In this document: positions 50,080 through 59,058 of the stretch, piece after piece
How positions within the stretch are numbered: the first letter of the stretch is position 1
Layout: each line of letters opens with the position of its first letter
Source: Planctomycetota bacterium
GTDB taxonomy: Bacteria; Planctomycetota; UBA8108; UBA1146
Length of the DNA stretch: 64,000 nt
Direction of reading: 5' to 3'
Assembly: GCA_036338595.1 (NCBI GenBank)
Contig: JAYZBV010000037.1
Coordinates: 1-64,000 of the forward strand
Position numbers and translations under genes: made by a program
Notes under the pieces: model-generated
Seen by the model: the letters and a program-made list of their open reading frames with translations, nothing else
Database searches by the model: none
Told to the model about the DNA's origin: nothing

Positions 50080-51147
50080 TCAGGACTGCCGCTGGAATAT
50101 CCTCTTGAGTTCATCGGAATCCGACGCGCGAGAGACCGCCTCTTCATAGGTGATCTGGCGCGTGCGGTAGAGTTCGTAGAGAGACTGATTCATCGTCCGC
50201 ATGCCAAGTCGTCCACTGGTCTGAATCGCTGACGGGATCTGGTGAGCCTTGTCATCGCGAATCAGGGCACGGACCGCAGGCGTGGCGAGCAGGACCTCGC
50301 TGGCGAGAACCCTGCCGCGTCCGTCGGAACGAGTGACCAGTTGCTGACAGAAGATCCCCTCGAGTACGAACGAAAGCTGGGTTCTGACCTGCTGCTGCTG
50401 ATGGGGTGGGAAAACATCGATGAGACGATTGAGACTCTGAACCGCATCATTGGTGTGCAGGGTGCCAAAGGTCAGGTGTCCCGTCTCTGCAACGGTAATC
50501 GCCGCCGAGATACTCTCGAGATCTCGCAGTTCTCCGACCATGATCACGTCGGGATCCTGGCGCAATACGCGACGGAGCGCGCTCTCGAAGCTGGGAGTGT
50601 CGGTTCCCACCTCTCGTTGAGAGATGCGACAGTTCTTGTTGCGATGGACAAATTCCAGGGGGTCCTCGATGGTGACGATGTGATCGTTTCGATTCCTGTT
50701 GATGTAGTCGATCATCGAGGCGAGAGTTGTCGATTTTCCTGATCCGGTCGCTCCGGTGACCAGCACCAGGCCCTTCTTCTTCAAGCAGAGTCCCTCGCAG
50801 ACTTCCAGAGGAAGACCGAGCGATTCCATCTCCGGGATCTCATTCGGTATCACCCGGAGCACCGCGCTGACCGATCCCCTCTGATAGAAGACGTTTGTAC
50901 GGAATCTGCCGAGACCACTGATCCCGAACGCCATGTCCAGTTCTTGCTCCTTCTCGAACTTACGCACCTGTTCGTTATCGAGAATCGAGTAAACGATCTG
51001 ACGAACGGCGTCGTTGTCGAGAACTGCATCCCCGGCAGCGATCAGACGACCGTGAATTCGAATCATGGGCGGGGTTCCCGCACCCAGATGTAGATCGGAG
51101 CCTTCGCGCTCCACCAGCTGCTGTACGAGATCCTCTATGGTGATCAA
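50080..51147 (-). CDS. pilT: Type IV pilus retraction ATPase
   Basis: SDLHL, GATGSGKST, IEDPLE, AETGH..TLHT and AVRALIR motifs. Confidence 0.96.
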   Translation of the reverse strand: MITIEDLVQQLVEREGSDLHLGAGTPPMIRIHGRLIAAGDAVLDNDAVRQIVYSILDNEQVRKFEKEQELDMAFGISGLGRFRTNVFYQRGSVSAVLRVIPNEIPEMESLGLPLEVCEGLCLKKKGLVLVTGATGSGKSTTLASMIDYINRNRNDHIVTIEDPLEFVHRNKNCRISQREVGTDTPSFESALRRVLRQDPDVIMVGELRDLESISAAITVAETGHLTFGTLHTNDAVQSLNRLIDVFPPHQQQQVRTQLSFVLEGIFCQQLVTRSDGRGRVLASEVLLATPAVRALIRDDKAHQIPSAIQTSGRLGMRTMNQSLYELYRTRQITYEEAVSRASDSDELKRIFQRQS

Positions 51148-51643
51148 TTCAGGCTCCTTTTATTGCCACGGGGCCGCTCCTGGGCGAAGGAACAGGACAT
51201 CGTGGATTTCCCGGAAGTACAGGGAAGAGTAGCATCTGGGCTCCGGATCGAGCCAAGAGGGAGGCGGGGGCCAGAGGTCGAATCGGGCTCAACCGGGGCT
51301 CAGCAGCCTCTCAGCGGACATTCGCCTCTCATCGATGAATCTCACCGCAGGACAACCCCGAATTCGTCGATGGAGTGCCCCGGCACGGAGGTCCCTGGCA
51401 GGCGAAGAGGCGACTCGATGCGGCGGTGCCTGCAACTCTCGCATGACCCCACCGGGGAGTGAATGGAACCGACCCGATTCGATCCAGAAGTGTTGCATCA
51501 AAGAACGAGGAGCGATCGGGCAAAGCCCGATCGCTCCCTGTTCATCCGTCGGATCGGGTAGCAAAAGCGACCCTCATGTGGAGACTGCAGCCCGTTCGCC
51601 CAGGAGCATCATCGAGGTGCATCATCGCGCGGCCACTTCGAGG

Positions 51644-52390
51644 CTACGGAAAAACGATTACCTCGACGCGTCGATTCTTGCTGCGACCCTCCTTGGTACT
51701 GTTGTCGAAGACCGGCCGCTGGGCACCATAACCGACCGCAGCGATCCTGTTCGCAGCCGCGGCGTTGGCGCTGATCAGTTCTCTCAACACCGAGCATGCA
51801 CGGGTAGAACTCAGTTCCCAGTTGGATGCCCATCTGGACTTTGTTTTCTTGACCGGTGTCGAATCGGAATGGCCCTCGACGCGAATCTCTCGACCCGCAA
51901 ATTGATCACGAAGCACCACTGCCAGCTTTCCGAGCGCCTGCTGGCCACGCTTGGAAATATCTGCAGATCCTGAGTTGAAGAGGACCTGCTGGTCGAGGGT
52001 CAAAGTCACCATGCCGCCGTCAGCACTCGCCTTGAGGCCGTCGATTCCATCGAAGCCATCCAGGTTGGGTTCGCCGACATCTTCGATGATCGCAGAAGCA
52101 GGAGTCGGCCGCGCGATGAGCATCTCATTTTCTGCGATCAGTGCGGCATTCTTGGCGCTGATATCTGCAAATCTCTTCTGAAATCCCACCAACTCGTCGA
52201 CCGCTTCTTGCTGCTGTCGCTCGGATGTGGCGAGCTGGAACTCCAGGCGATCGCGCTGCTCCTCCGCTGTTCGCAACTTGTCCTGATTGTAGGCCAGTTC
52301 ACGTTCGAGACTGGTGGTCTGGCAACCTGCCGTGATCGAGGCGATGAGAAATAACAGTAGCCCGCGAGAAATCGATGACATCCTGATCAC
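51644..52390 (-). CDS. OmpA/MotB-like peptidoglycan-binding lipoprotein with coiled coil
   Basis: ITAGC lipobox; FNSGSA, VEGHSD, NWELSSTRA and NRRVE motifs. Confidence 0.88.
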   Translation of the reverse strand: MIRMSSISRGLLLFLIASITAGCQTTSLERELAYNQDKLRTAEEQRDRLEFQLATSERQQQEAVDELVGFQKRFADISAKNAALIAENEMLIARPTPASAIIEDVGEPNLDGFDGIDGLKASADGGMVTLTLDQQVLFNSGSADISKRGQQALGKLAVVLRDQFAGREIRVEGHSDSTPVKKTKSRWASNWELSSTRACSVLRELISANAAAANRIAAVGYGAQRPVFDNSTKEGRSKNRRVEVIVFP

Positions 52391-52540
52391 TCCCCTTTCA
52401 GTGATGTTTTCGACGCGACGAGTGACCCGAAAGGGTCACCGCCTCCCGGAAGATAGCCCCCAGGGACGCCGCGCAGGATACCCCTGACCGGAGGGCCGGG
52501 AAACTGACCTGATGAGAAGATAAGGAACCTGACGACCTGT

Positions 52541-53602
52541 TCAGCCCTGCAGCAACTGGGTATATCGATTCCAGATCCACTCCAATTCCGGTCGAGCCAG
52601 CAACATCGAGGCGGCTCCGGCAGCGAGGAATGGGCCGAAGGGGATGTAGCGCGAGCCCTTGACCTTCCACAACCAGATCCCCACCACCGAGCCGAGCACG
52701 CAGGCGATCAGAAAGGCGATGAGGACCTCGACCGGCCCCAGAGTTGCGCCGAGGAAGCCCATCCACTTCACATCTCCGAACCCCATTGCAGGTTTTCGAA
52801 AGATGACCGATCCGATCCAGCCGATGCCCCAGATGCAGCCGGAACCGACCGCTGCGCCGCCGAGGCTCAGCACGATCCTGTGCAGGGGCGAAACGGCCAG
52901 AAGCGAGGGATCGATCATGCTGGCCGCCAGCAGCAATCCGAGCAGTCCACCGACAACATAGGCGAGCAGGCTGTCACTGAAGCCACGGCGCTGCTGCTGC
53001 CAGTTGGGCACGAAGCGGTGAAATCCGCCCCCGATGAGCGCGACTCCCCCGGCCACAGCGATCCAGATCTGCGGATTCTTCAGGTCCAGGGTCACCGAGG
53101 AGGGATCGATGGTGAAAACGTAGCCACTCTCGGTGAGCCAGGAGAACCATGGAGACAGTAGCAAGACCAGAGCTGTTCCTGGAATCGTGATTCGATCGGG
53201 GATGATGCGATGGTCGAGGTCGATGCCGCTGACGACGATCAGAGTCGAGACCCAGATCCACAGCACCAGAACGGTGAAGAAATCGATGACCTCTTCGAAT
53301 TGCCCTCCGAGCCGCACCGCAATCAGAAGGAAGATGGCAGCGCTGAACGCCTCCACCAGCGGGTATCTCGGCGAGATCGGGTTGGAGCAGTCTCGACAGC
53401 GTCCTCGTAGCCACATCCAGGCCAGCACCGGTACATTGTCGAACCAACGCACCGGAGCCTTGCAGGAGGGGCAGAAGGAGCCGCGCGGATGGCTCACCCG
53501 TAGCCCATCGATGGGGATGCGGTAGATGCACACGTTCAGGAAGGACCCGACGATCCCTCCGAGCAGGCCTGAAAAGAGCAACACGATCGGGTACGAGATC
53601 AA
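52541..53602 (-). CDS. pilD: Prepilin peptidase (A24)
   Basis: GSFLNVCIYRIP, CPSC...CRDC, IDLDHRIIPD, MGFGDVK and IPFGPFL motifs; TTG start after GAGGAGG. Confidence 0.94.
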   Translation of the reverse strand: MISYPIVLLFSGLLGGIVGSFLNVCIYRIPIDGLRVSHPRGSFCPSCKAPVRWFDNVPVLAWMWLRGRCRDCSNPISPRYPLVEAFSAAIFLLIAVRLGGQFEEVIDFFTVLVLWIWVSTLIVVSGIDLDHRIIPDRITIPGTALVLLLSPWFSWLTESGYVFTIDPSSVTLDLKNPQIWIAVAGGVALIGGGFHRFVPNWQQQRRGFSDSLLAYVVGGLLGLLLAASMIDPSLLAVSPLHRIVLSLGGAAVGSGCIWGIGWIGSVIFRKPAMGFGDVKWMGFLGATLGPVEVLIAFLIACVLGSVVGIWLWKVKGSRYIPFGPFLAAGAASMLLARPELEWIWNRYTQLLQG

Positions 53603-54111
53603 AGATCCTCCTCGAGACGCGACAGGATAGCATCGACCACCATGGATGGTGAAATTCCGTCGGTCTCGAGTGCCTCGGCACACAACTGCCGATAGAGCGG
53701 TTCTCGATCTCTTCGCAACTGCTCCAGCAACTGGCTACGGCTACCGCCCTCGAGAAGTGGACGTATCTGCTGCTGACTGCGTTCGATCAGGATGGGATGG
53801 CTCGCATCGAGCCAGAAGCAGCGCCAAAGCGACAGATATTGGCGGTTCTCGGGCATCTCGACGACACCGCCACCGGTCGCCATGACGACCCGGGCATCGT
53901 GTCGATCGGTCGCTGTTGCGACGAAAAGGGCCTCCGCGGCCCTGAAAGCCGGGAGGCCCTTCTCGTGGATCCAACGGGCTGCACTCCAGCCCGATTGCTT
54001 CTCGAGTTCCTGATCGACATCCAGGAAGCGATAGCCGATCCGGCTGGCCAGCAGTGCTCCGACCGTGCTCTTACCGCTTCCGGGGAGACCGATCAGCGCT
54101 ACCCGCTCCAT
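53599..54111 (-). CDS. aroK: Shikimate kinase
   Basis: GLPGSGKST, DVD, FRAAE, ATGGG, RPLL and REPLY motifs. Confidence 0.93.
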   Translation of the reverse strand: MERVALIGLPGSGKSTVGALLASRIGYRFLDVDQELEKQSGWSAARWIHEKGLPAFRAAEALFVATATDRHDARVVMATGGGVVEMPENRQYLSLWRCFWLDASHPILIERSQQQIRPLLEGGSRSQLLEQLRRDREPLYRQLCAEALETDGISPSMVVDAILSRLEEDL

Positions 54112-54121
54112 CCGCTGCCTT

Positions 54122-56152
54122 TCAGCGACGATTCAATGGTATCGAGATCTCGATCAGTTCGAGATCGCGACGAACCGTGATCTGGATCTCGGCGAGTCCC
54201 GAGTACTGCAACGAATCCTGGATGTCCTCGATGGAGCGAACTTCCATCTCGCAGATCCGGATGATCCAGTCGCCACGCTTCAACCCTGCATCGTGAGCCA
54301 GCGACCCCTCGTGCACCTCGGTCAGCAGGATGCCGATGGCATTCTCTTCCACCTCGATGCCGAGCACCGGCGGTTCCTGGTACGCCGCCGGCACCACATC
54401 CGCCTCCATCACCGGGTTGTCGAGCGGATCCTGCTGGCGGTGAGCCACCAGATGCCGGACCTCATCGCCACGGATGACCTCCATCTCGATGGCAGATCCG
54501 GAACCGATGCTCGACAGCACCTCACCGATCTCATCGAGAGATCGGATCGCCACTCCATCGATCGTGAGCAATCGATCCCCCACCTCGGCTCCCGCGATGC
54601 CGGCACCGCTACCCGGCAATATCGCATCGATGAGGGCTCCATCTGCGTCCCAGGACACGATGATGCCCAGTTTTCCCGGCGTGCGTTCCGGCACCGGAGC
54701 GACGCGGGCCGACGATGGGACCGGTGTCGCCACCTTCTCATCATCCTCGGTGACAGCGGACTGCCCCTCTGCGGTCGGATAGGTGCCCAGCACCCCCTCG
54801 ACCACCCTGGGGTCCTCTCCCGAGCGGACGAAACCGATCACGATGCTGTCGCCTGCCATGCGCCCGGCGAGCGCCTTGCGCAGGTCATCGATCGATTGCA
54901 CCTGCTGGCCTCCGACGGTGGAGAGTTGATCACCCACCTTGAGTTTCATCTGCTCGGCACAACTGCCGGGAATGACCTCCTCGACAAAGACTCCCGCCCC
55001 CTTCTCCACCGGAGCCACGCCCAGGAAGCCTGGATCCCTGGCCACCGGCACGGCGGCATCCGAGGCATCGGAAGCGGATGTGGGGTCTCCGAGGCGCACC
55101 GCGGCCAGATCACCGCCTCCAAAACGGATCTGGATCGTCCAGGGCGAGCCGCCCCGGCTGTACCCGACCGTGGTCTCGACACCTGGAGTGGTGGCGTTCA
55201 ATACATCTCGCAGGCCTTCGATGGTGCGAATGCGGGCATCGCCGAAGTGAGTGATCAGATCTCCGGCAGCGAATCCCGCAACCTGACCATTGGAACCGTC
55301 CTCGACGGTGACCACTTCCAATCCGAACTCATCGGATTGCACCACCGTGATCCCCAGCGCGATCCCGGCTTTGACCACGGGTACTGGCTCCGGTGCTGGC
55401 GGCAATGGTTCGACCAGCCGTATGGCGGGGATGCTCCGTGGAACTTCGGCCACTGGCACCGCTTCCGCCCACTCCTTCATGATGCCTCTGCCCGTCACTT
55501 TCAGAACTCCGTCGCTTCCCTTGCGAGCCCACCCGATGGTGACCGCATCTCCAGCCTTCTTCGAACCCAGAATCGTGACCAACTGGTCCATATCAGCGCC
55601 CTGACCGTCGAGCTCGAAAATCGCATCGCCAGATCGAATACCCATCTGATCCGCGGTACTGCCCTCGGTCACGTCCTCGACCAGGACCGAGCCGGCCCCA
55701 TCGACCTCGAGGGTGGCGGCCTGTTCCTGGCTCATCTCGACGATCTGAACCCCGAGCTGGCCACGGGGCCTATCGGGATCTGTCGCGGCAGCCACCGTCT
55801 GCGCCTGCCCACGGAGCTGGGCCAGTTCTACCAGGGCTGCTTCGAGTGCCTTCTGTAACTCGATCTTCTCTGCCGTCAAGACCGAGATCGTCTGCCTCGC
55901 TGCCTCCAGATCGGCGCGGGGGCCTTCCTGGGCACGAGCCAACTCCGCCCTGAATTGCTCCTTCATCTTCTCCAGTTCGGCGACGAATCGAGCCTCGATC
56001 TCCTTGAGGTCATCGTCTAGCTGGACTCCGTCCTTGACGGAATCGGAACGGATCACATCTGCAGCGATCACATTCGAAGAAACCATGCCGAGAAGCATGA
56101 TCAGAAATAGGGCTCTTGCCCTGGTGAAGATGTGCATGGGGATGATGCTCAT
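54122..56152 (-). CDS. Exported coiled-coil protein with five PDZ domains
   Basis: Signal peptide; PDZ starts GQLGV, ALGI, GFLGV, GKLGI and VLGI, each followed by an xxA...G...GD pattern; no protease motif seen. Confidence 0.85.
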   Translation of the reverse strand: MSIIPMHIFTRARALFLIMLLGMVSSNVIAADVIRSDSVKDGVQLDDDLKEIEARFVAELEKMKEQFRAELARAQEGPRADLEAARQTISVLTAEKIELQKALEAALVELAQLRGQAQTVAAATDPDRPRGQLGVQIVEMSQEQAATLEVDGAGSVLVEDVTEGSTADQMGIRSGDAIFELDGQGADMDQLVTILGSKKAGDAVTIGWARKGSDGVLKVTGRGIMKEWAEAVPVAEVPRSIPAIRLVEPLPPAPEPVPVVKAGIALGITVVQSDEFGLEVVTVEDGSNGQVAGFAAGDLITHFGDARIRTIEGLRDVLNATTPGVETTVGYSRGGSPWTIQIRFGGGDLAAVRLGDPTSASDASDAAVPVARDPGFLGVAPVEKGAGVFVEEVIPGSCAEQMKLKVGDQLSTVGGQQVQSIDDLRKALAGRMAGDSIVIGFVRSGEDPRVVEGVLGTYPTAEGQSAVTEDDEKVATPVPSSARVAPVPERTPGKLGIIVSWDADGALIDAILPGSGAGIAGAEVGDRLLTIDGVAIRSLDEIGEVLSSIGSGSAIEMEVIRGDEVRHLVAHRQQDPLDNPVMEADVVPAAYQEPPVLGIEVEENAIGILLTEVHEGSLAHDAGLKRGDWIIRICEMEVRSIEDIQDSLQYSGLAEIQITVRRDLELIEISIPLNRR

Positions 56153-56326
56153 TTTTTTCCCTTCCTCCTCATTGGAGGTCCCTTGGTTCGAGGTCTGCGT
56201 TCGAGGTCTGCGTGCGGTGAAGATCGCGGCCATTCGCCAGCCAGTGACACTCACGTTACTCGGTGATTCTGACCGACACACCGCTGCTCGGCAATAACCA
56301 GAGCCGGGATCTCCTGAGACGCTGGA

Positions 56327-57490
56327 TCAGCACAGGAGATCACGAATTCGTGCGATCGCTTGCTTCAGTTCATCGTCTGGCCGGGCAAAAGATATGCGGA
56401 TACAGCCCTCAGAGCCAAAAGCTCCACCGGGTACCACGGCGACGTTCTTCTCCTCGAGCAGGCGAAGAGCAAATGCATCGGCGTTCTCTGCAACACCATC
56501 GACTCCCAGTCGCTCGGAAACATCGAGGAACAGGTAGAAAGCTCCACCAGGAAATGCAAAGTGTGTCCCCGGAATATCGGAGAGCCCGTCGACAAGGAGA
56601 TCCCTTCGCTGACGGAAGCAGTCATACATCGACACCAGGTCCGGGTGGTCAAACTGATCGAGTGCAGTGGCGATACACGCCTGAGAAACGCTACAGGCAT
56701 TGGCAGAGTTCTGGCTCTGAAGCCTTCCCATCGCCGCCGCCAGCGGTGGGCTACAGACGGTCCAACCGATCCTCCAGCCGGTCATGGCAAACGACTTGGA
56801 TAGACCGGAAATCAGCGCCACTCGCTGAGGATCGACGCTGAAGGGGCTCTGGTGCTCTCCGTCGTGGACGAGGCTCTCGTAGATCTCGTCTGAAATGACC
56901 CAGAGGTCGTTTTCTCGGGCGAATTCCACCACCATCGCGATGTCCTCGGGGCTACTCACCGTCCCTGTCGGGTTGCCGGGCTCGTTGAGTATCAGCCCCG
57001 TGGTACGAGGAGTGAGGTATCTGGCCAGCAGCTCGGGTGTCAGACGATGGCCGTCCCTGCAGTCGGTGGGTACCTTTACCGGAACCCCTTCAGCAAGAGT
57101 GATCAGTTCCGGATACGAGACCCAGTATGGCACCGCCAACATCACTTCGTCACCTGGATCCACCAGCGAGAGCAAGCACTGGGAGAGGGACTGTTTTGCT
57201 CCCGATGAGATCACGACCATCGAAGGATCGACTTCGACCCCACGAGTTCGTGTGACATGACGGCAGATCGCTTCTCGCGCCTCGATGTGGCCCGCCGCAG
57301 CAGTGTATCGAGTCCAACCTGCATCCATCCCTGCCTTCGCTGCATCGCGGATGAATTGCGGTGTCGGGAAATCAGGTTCCCCCACGCTGAGGTTGAGAAT
57401 CTCCTGCCCATCTCGGATGAGGTCCTGCAACCTGGCGTTGAGGGTCAGGGTCGCTGACGGTTGAATGGTACGGACGCGCTGGCTGATCAT
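56327..57490 (-). CDS. Class I PLP aminotransferase (aspartate aminotransferase-like)
   Basis: GEPDFPTP, GAKQ, NPTG, DEIY and SKSFAMTGWRIG motifs. Confidence 0.94.
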   Translation of the reverse strand: MISQRVRTIQPSATLTLNARLQDLIRDGQEILNLSVGEPDFPTPQFIRDAAKAGMDAGWTRYTAAAGHIEAREAICRHVTRTRGVEVDPSMVVISSGAKQSLSQCLLSLVDPGDEVMLAVPYWVSYPELITLAEGVPVKVPTDCRDGHRLTPELLARYLTPRTTGLILNEPGNPTGTVSSPEDIAMVVEFARENDLWVISDEIYESLVHDGEHQSPFSVDPQRVALISGLSKSFAMTGWRIGWTVCSPPLAAAMGRLQSQNSANACSVSQACIATALDQFDHPDLVSMYDCFRQRRDLLVDGLSDIPGTHFAFPGGAFYLFLDVSERLGVDGVAENADAFALRLLEEKNVAVVPGGAFGSEGCIRISFARPDDELKQAIARIRDLLC

Positions 57491-57750
57491 TTGAACTCCG
57501 ATTTCTCTCGATCCGATGAGATCGATGCGATGAGAGTGCGGATACTATCGCCAAGCATCGTGACTTGCGAGGCACGGAAGCCATTCAATGGCGCTTTCGA
57601 CGCCATCTCGCCACCATCCTGAAAGTTGCAGCGGTCAGCAGTGTGGCTATGATGGAGGAGAATGGCGCTCGCTAGATCGTCGAAAATTGTGGATTTGGCC
57701 CGTATTGGCGTCAAGGTACACGCAAGTGCCCGAATTGAACGAGGTCCCCG

Positions 57751-58569
57751 ATGCACCAGAAGATCGCCTTGCCCATGTTGTTGACGCTACTGCTGTCAGG
57801 ATCCGTATTTCTGACGCCCTCCGCCGCACAGGCTCAGATGCTCTTTACCCGTGGCGATTGCAACATCGATGGGGTGATCAACATCGCAGATGCGGTGCTG
57901 GGACTGGGTATCCTGTTTTCCGGAGCTGGCCCTGCCGATTGCGCCGATGCCTGTGATGTCAACGACGATGGCCAAAACGACATCAGCGACCCCATCTTCA
58001 TGCTCGGCAACCTCTTCTCCAGTGGCCCGAACCCGCCACCACCCGATGACTGCGGTGCCGATCCCAGCCCGGATAGCCTCGATTGCCTGACCGGCCCCAG
58101 CACCTGTCCACCACCGGTGGAGGATTGCAGCAATGGTGTCGACGATGACGGAGATACATTGATCGACTGCGCTGATCCCGATTGTGATACCGATCCGATC
58201 TGCGCACCCCCACTCTCCTTCGATCTGGATATTTATCAGATCATCATCGATGAGTGCACCTTCTGTCACGGCCCCCCGTCCAATTTCGCCGACCTGGATC
58301 TATCCACCACCGCTGGAAATGATCCCTACGCACGAATCGTCAACACGCCCTCGGACGAATGCGATTCCTATGATCTTGTCGAACCGGGTGACTCCCAGGC
58401 CAGCTGGCTATACCGGAAGATCAGCGGCACTCATGTCGAGGCAGCGACATCTGCAGGCTGTTTAGCGATGGATGCAGGAGACCAGATGCCACTGGGGCCC
58501 TTCTGTTGCCTGGAGACGACACAGATCGAACTGATCCAGCAGTGGATCGATGAAGGAGCCAATCCCTGA
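57751..58569 (+). CDS. Secreted protein with dockerin-like domain, Cys/Asp-rich motif and c-type cytochrome domain
   Basis: Signal peptide; FTRGDCNIDG...DACDVNDDG; EDCSNGVDDDGDTLIDCADPDC; CTFCH heme motif; MPL..IQQWIDEGA. Confidence 0.85.
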   Translation: MHQKIALPMLLTLLLSGSVFLTPSAAQAQMLFTRGDCNIDGVINIADAVLGLGILFSGAGPADCADACDVNDDGQNDISDPIFMLGNLFSSGPNPPPPDDCGADPSPDSLDCLTGPSTCPPPVEDCSNGVDDDGDTLIDCADPDCDTDPICAPPLSFDLDIYQIIIDECTFCHGPPSNFADLDLSTTAGNDPYARIVNTPSDECDSYDLVEPGDSQASWLYRKISGTHVEAATSAGCLAMDAGDQMPLGPFCCLETTQIELIQQWIDEGANP

Positions 58570-58658
58570 TGCACTCTCGGGGACGATGTGAAGTGTCGAA
58601 TCGGGTGCTGATCTTGACTTCTGGTCACCGAGGCCTACACTCCCGTTTTCCGTTCTGA

Positions 58659-58742
58659 GCCGAGGTGGCGGAACTGGCAGACGCGCCAGGTTAAGGACCT
58701 GGTGGGCATTAGCCCATGGGGGTTCGAGTCCCCCCCTCGGCA
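58659..58742 (+). tRNA. tRNA-Leu(AAG)
   Basis: Acceptor GCCGAGG/CCTCGGC plus A73; anticodon arm CCAGG-TTAAGGA-CCTGG (AAG at 58693-58695, G37); long variable arm GGGC-ATTA-GCCC; GTTCGAGTC T-loop; CCA not encoded. Confidence 0.95.
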
Positions 58743-58780
58743 TTTGACTTCCCCTGCACTCTCATCTGCTTCATCACTAC

Positions 58781-58821
58781 CTTCCGTCTCCATCCGTCTC
58801 CATCCGTCTCTTTCCGTCTCC
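58781..58821. repeat. Four TCCGTCTC units at 10-bp period
   Basis: ctTCCGTCTC caTCCGTCTC caTCCGTCTC ttTCCGTCTC. Confidence 0.85.
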
Positions 58822-58842
58822 TGGCGATGCCTGATTCACGAC

Positions 58843-58887
58843 AAAAAAACAGGGAGACGGGGCACTGCCCCATCTCCCCATTTTGTT
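58843..58887. terminator. Bidirectional intrinsic terminator
   Basis: A7, then GGGAGACGGGGC-ACT-GCCCCATCTCCC, then TTTTGTT; lies between the convergent tRNA-Leu and H1-like gene. Confidence 0.8.
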
Positions 58888-59058
58888 GGCCCCGACCCGA
58901 TCCGAACCAGTGAGCTCTTGCCCCCCGGATCGACCCTGGTCAGTCCCGGGTACTTCTTCCCTCGCCTCACCAATACTCGTACTTGGGACGAGTTCTCGGT
59001 GAAGACTCGGAACGCACCGCGCGGGTGCGCCAGGGTCGATGCTGACCGGAAGGCTTGG

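Noticed and set aside
51150..51640. Gene or ncRNA in the 500-nt gap upstream of pilT
   Set aside because: ORFs lack motifs or a convincing RBS, and the stems are weak; it is probably a promoter/leader region that I cannot resolve by eye.
52420..52510. SRP RNA (ffs)
   Set aside because: Lacks the conserved CAGG..GNRA..AGCAG domain IV motif on either strand.
58690..58697. Reading the tRNA-Leu anticodon as TAA
   Set aside because: That register breaks the 5-bp anticodon stem; only AAG fits a 7-nt loop with U33 and G37.
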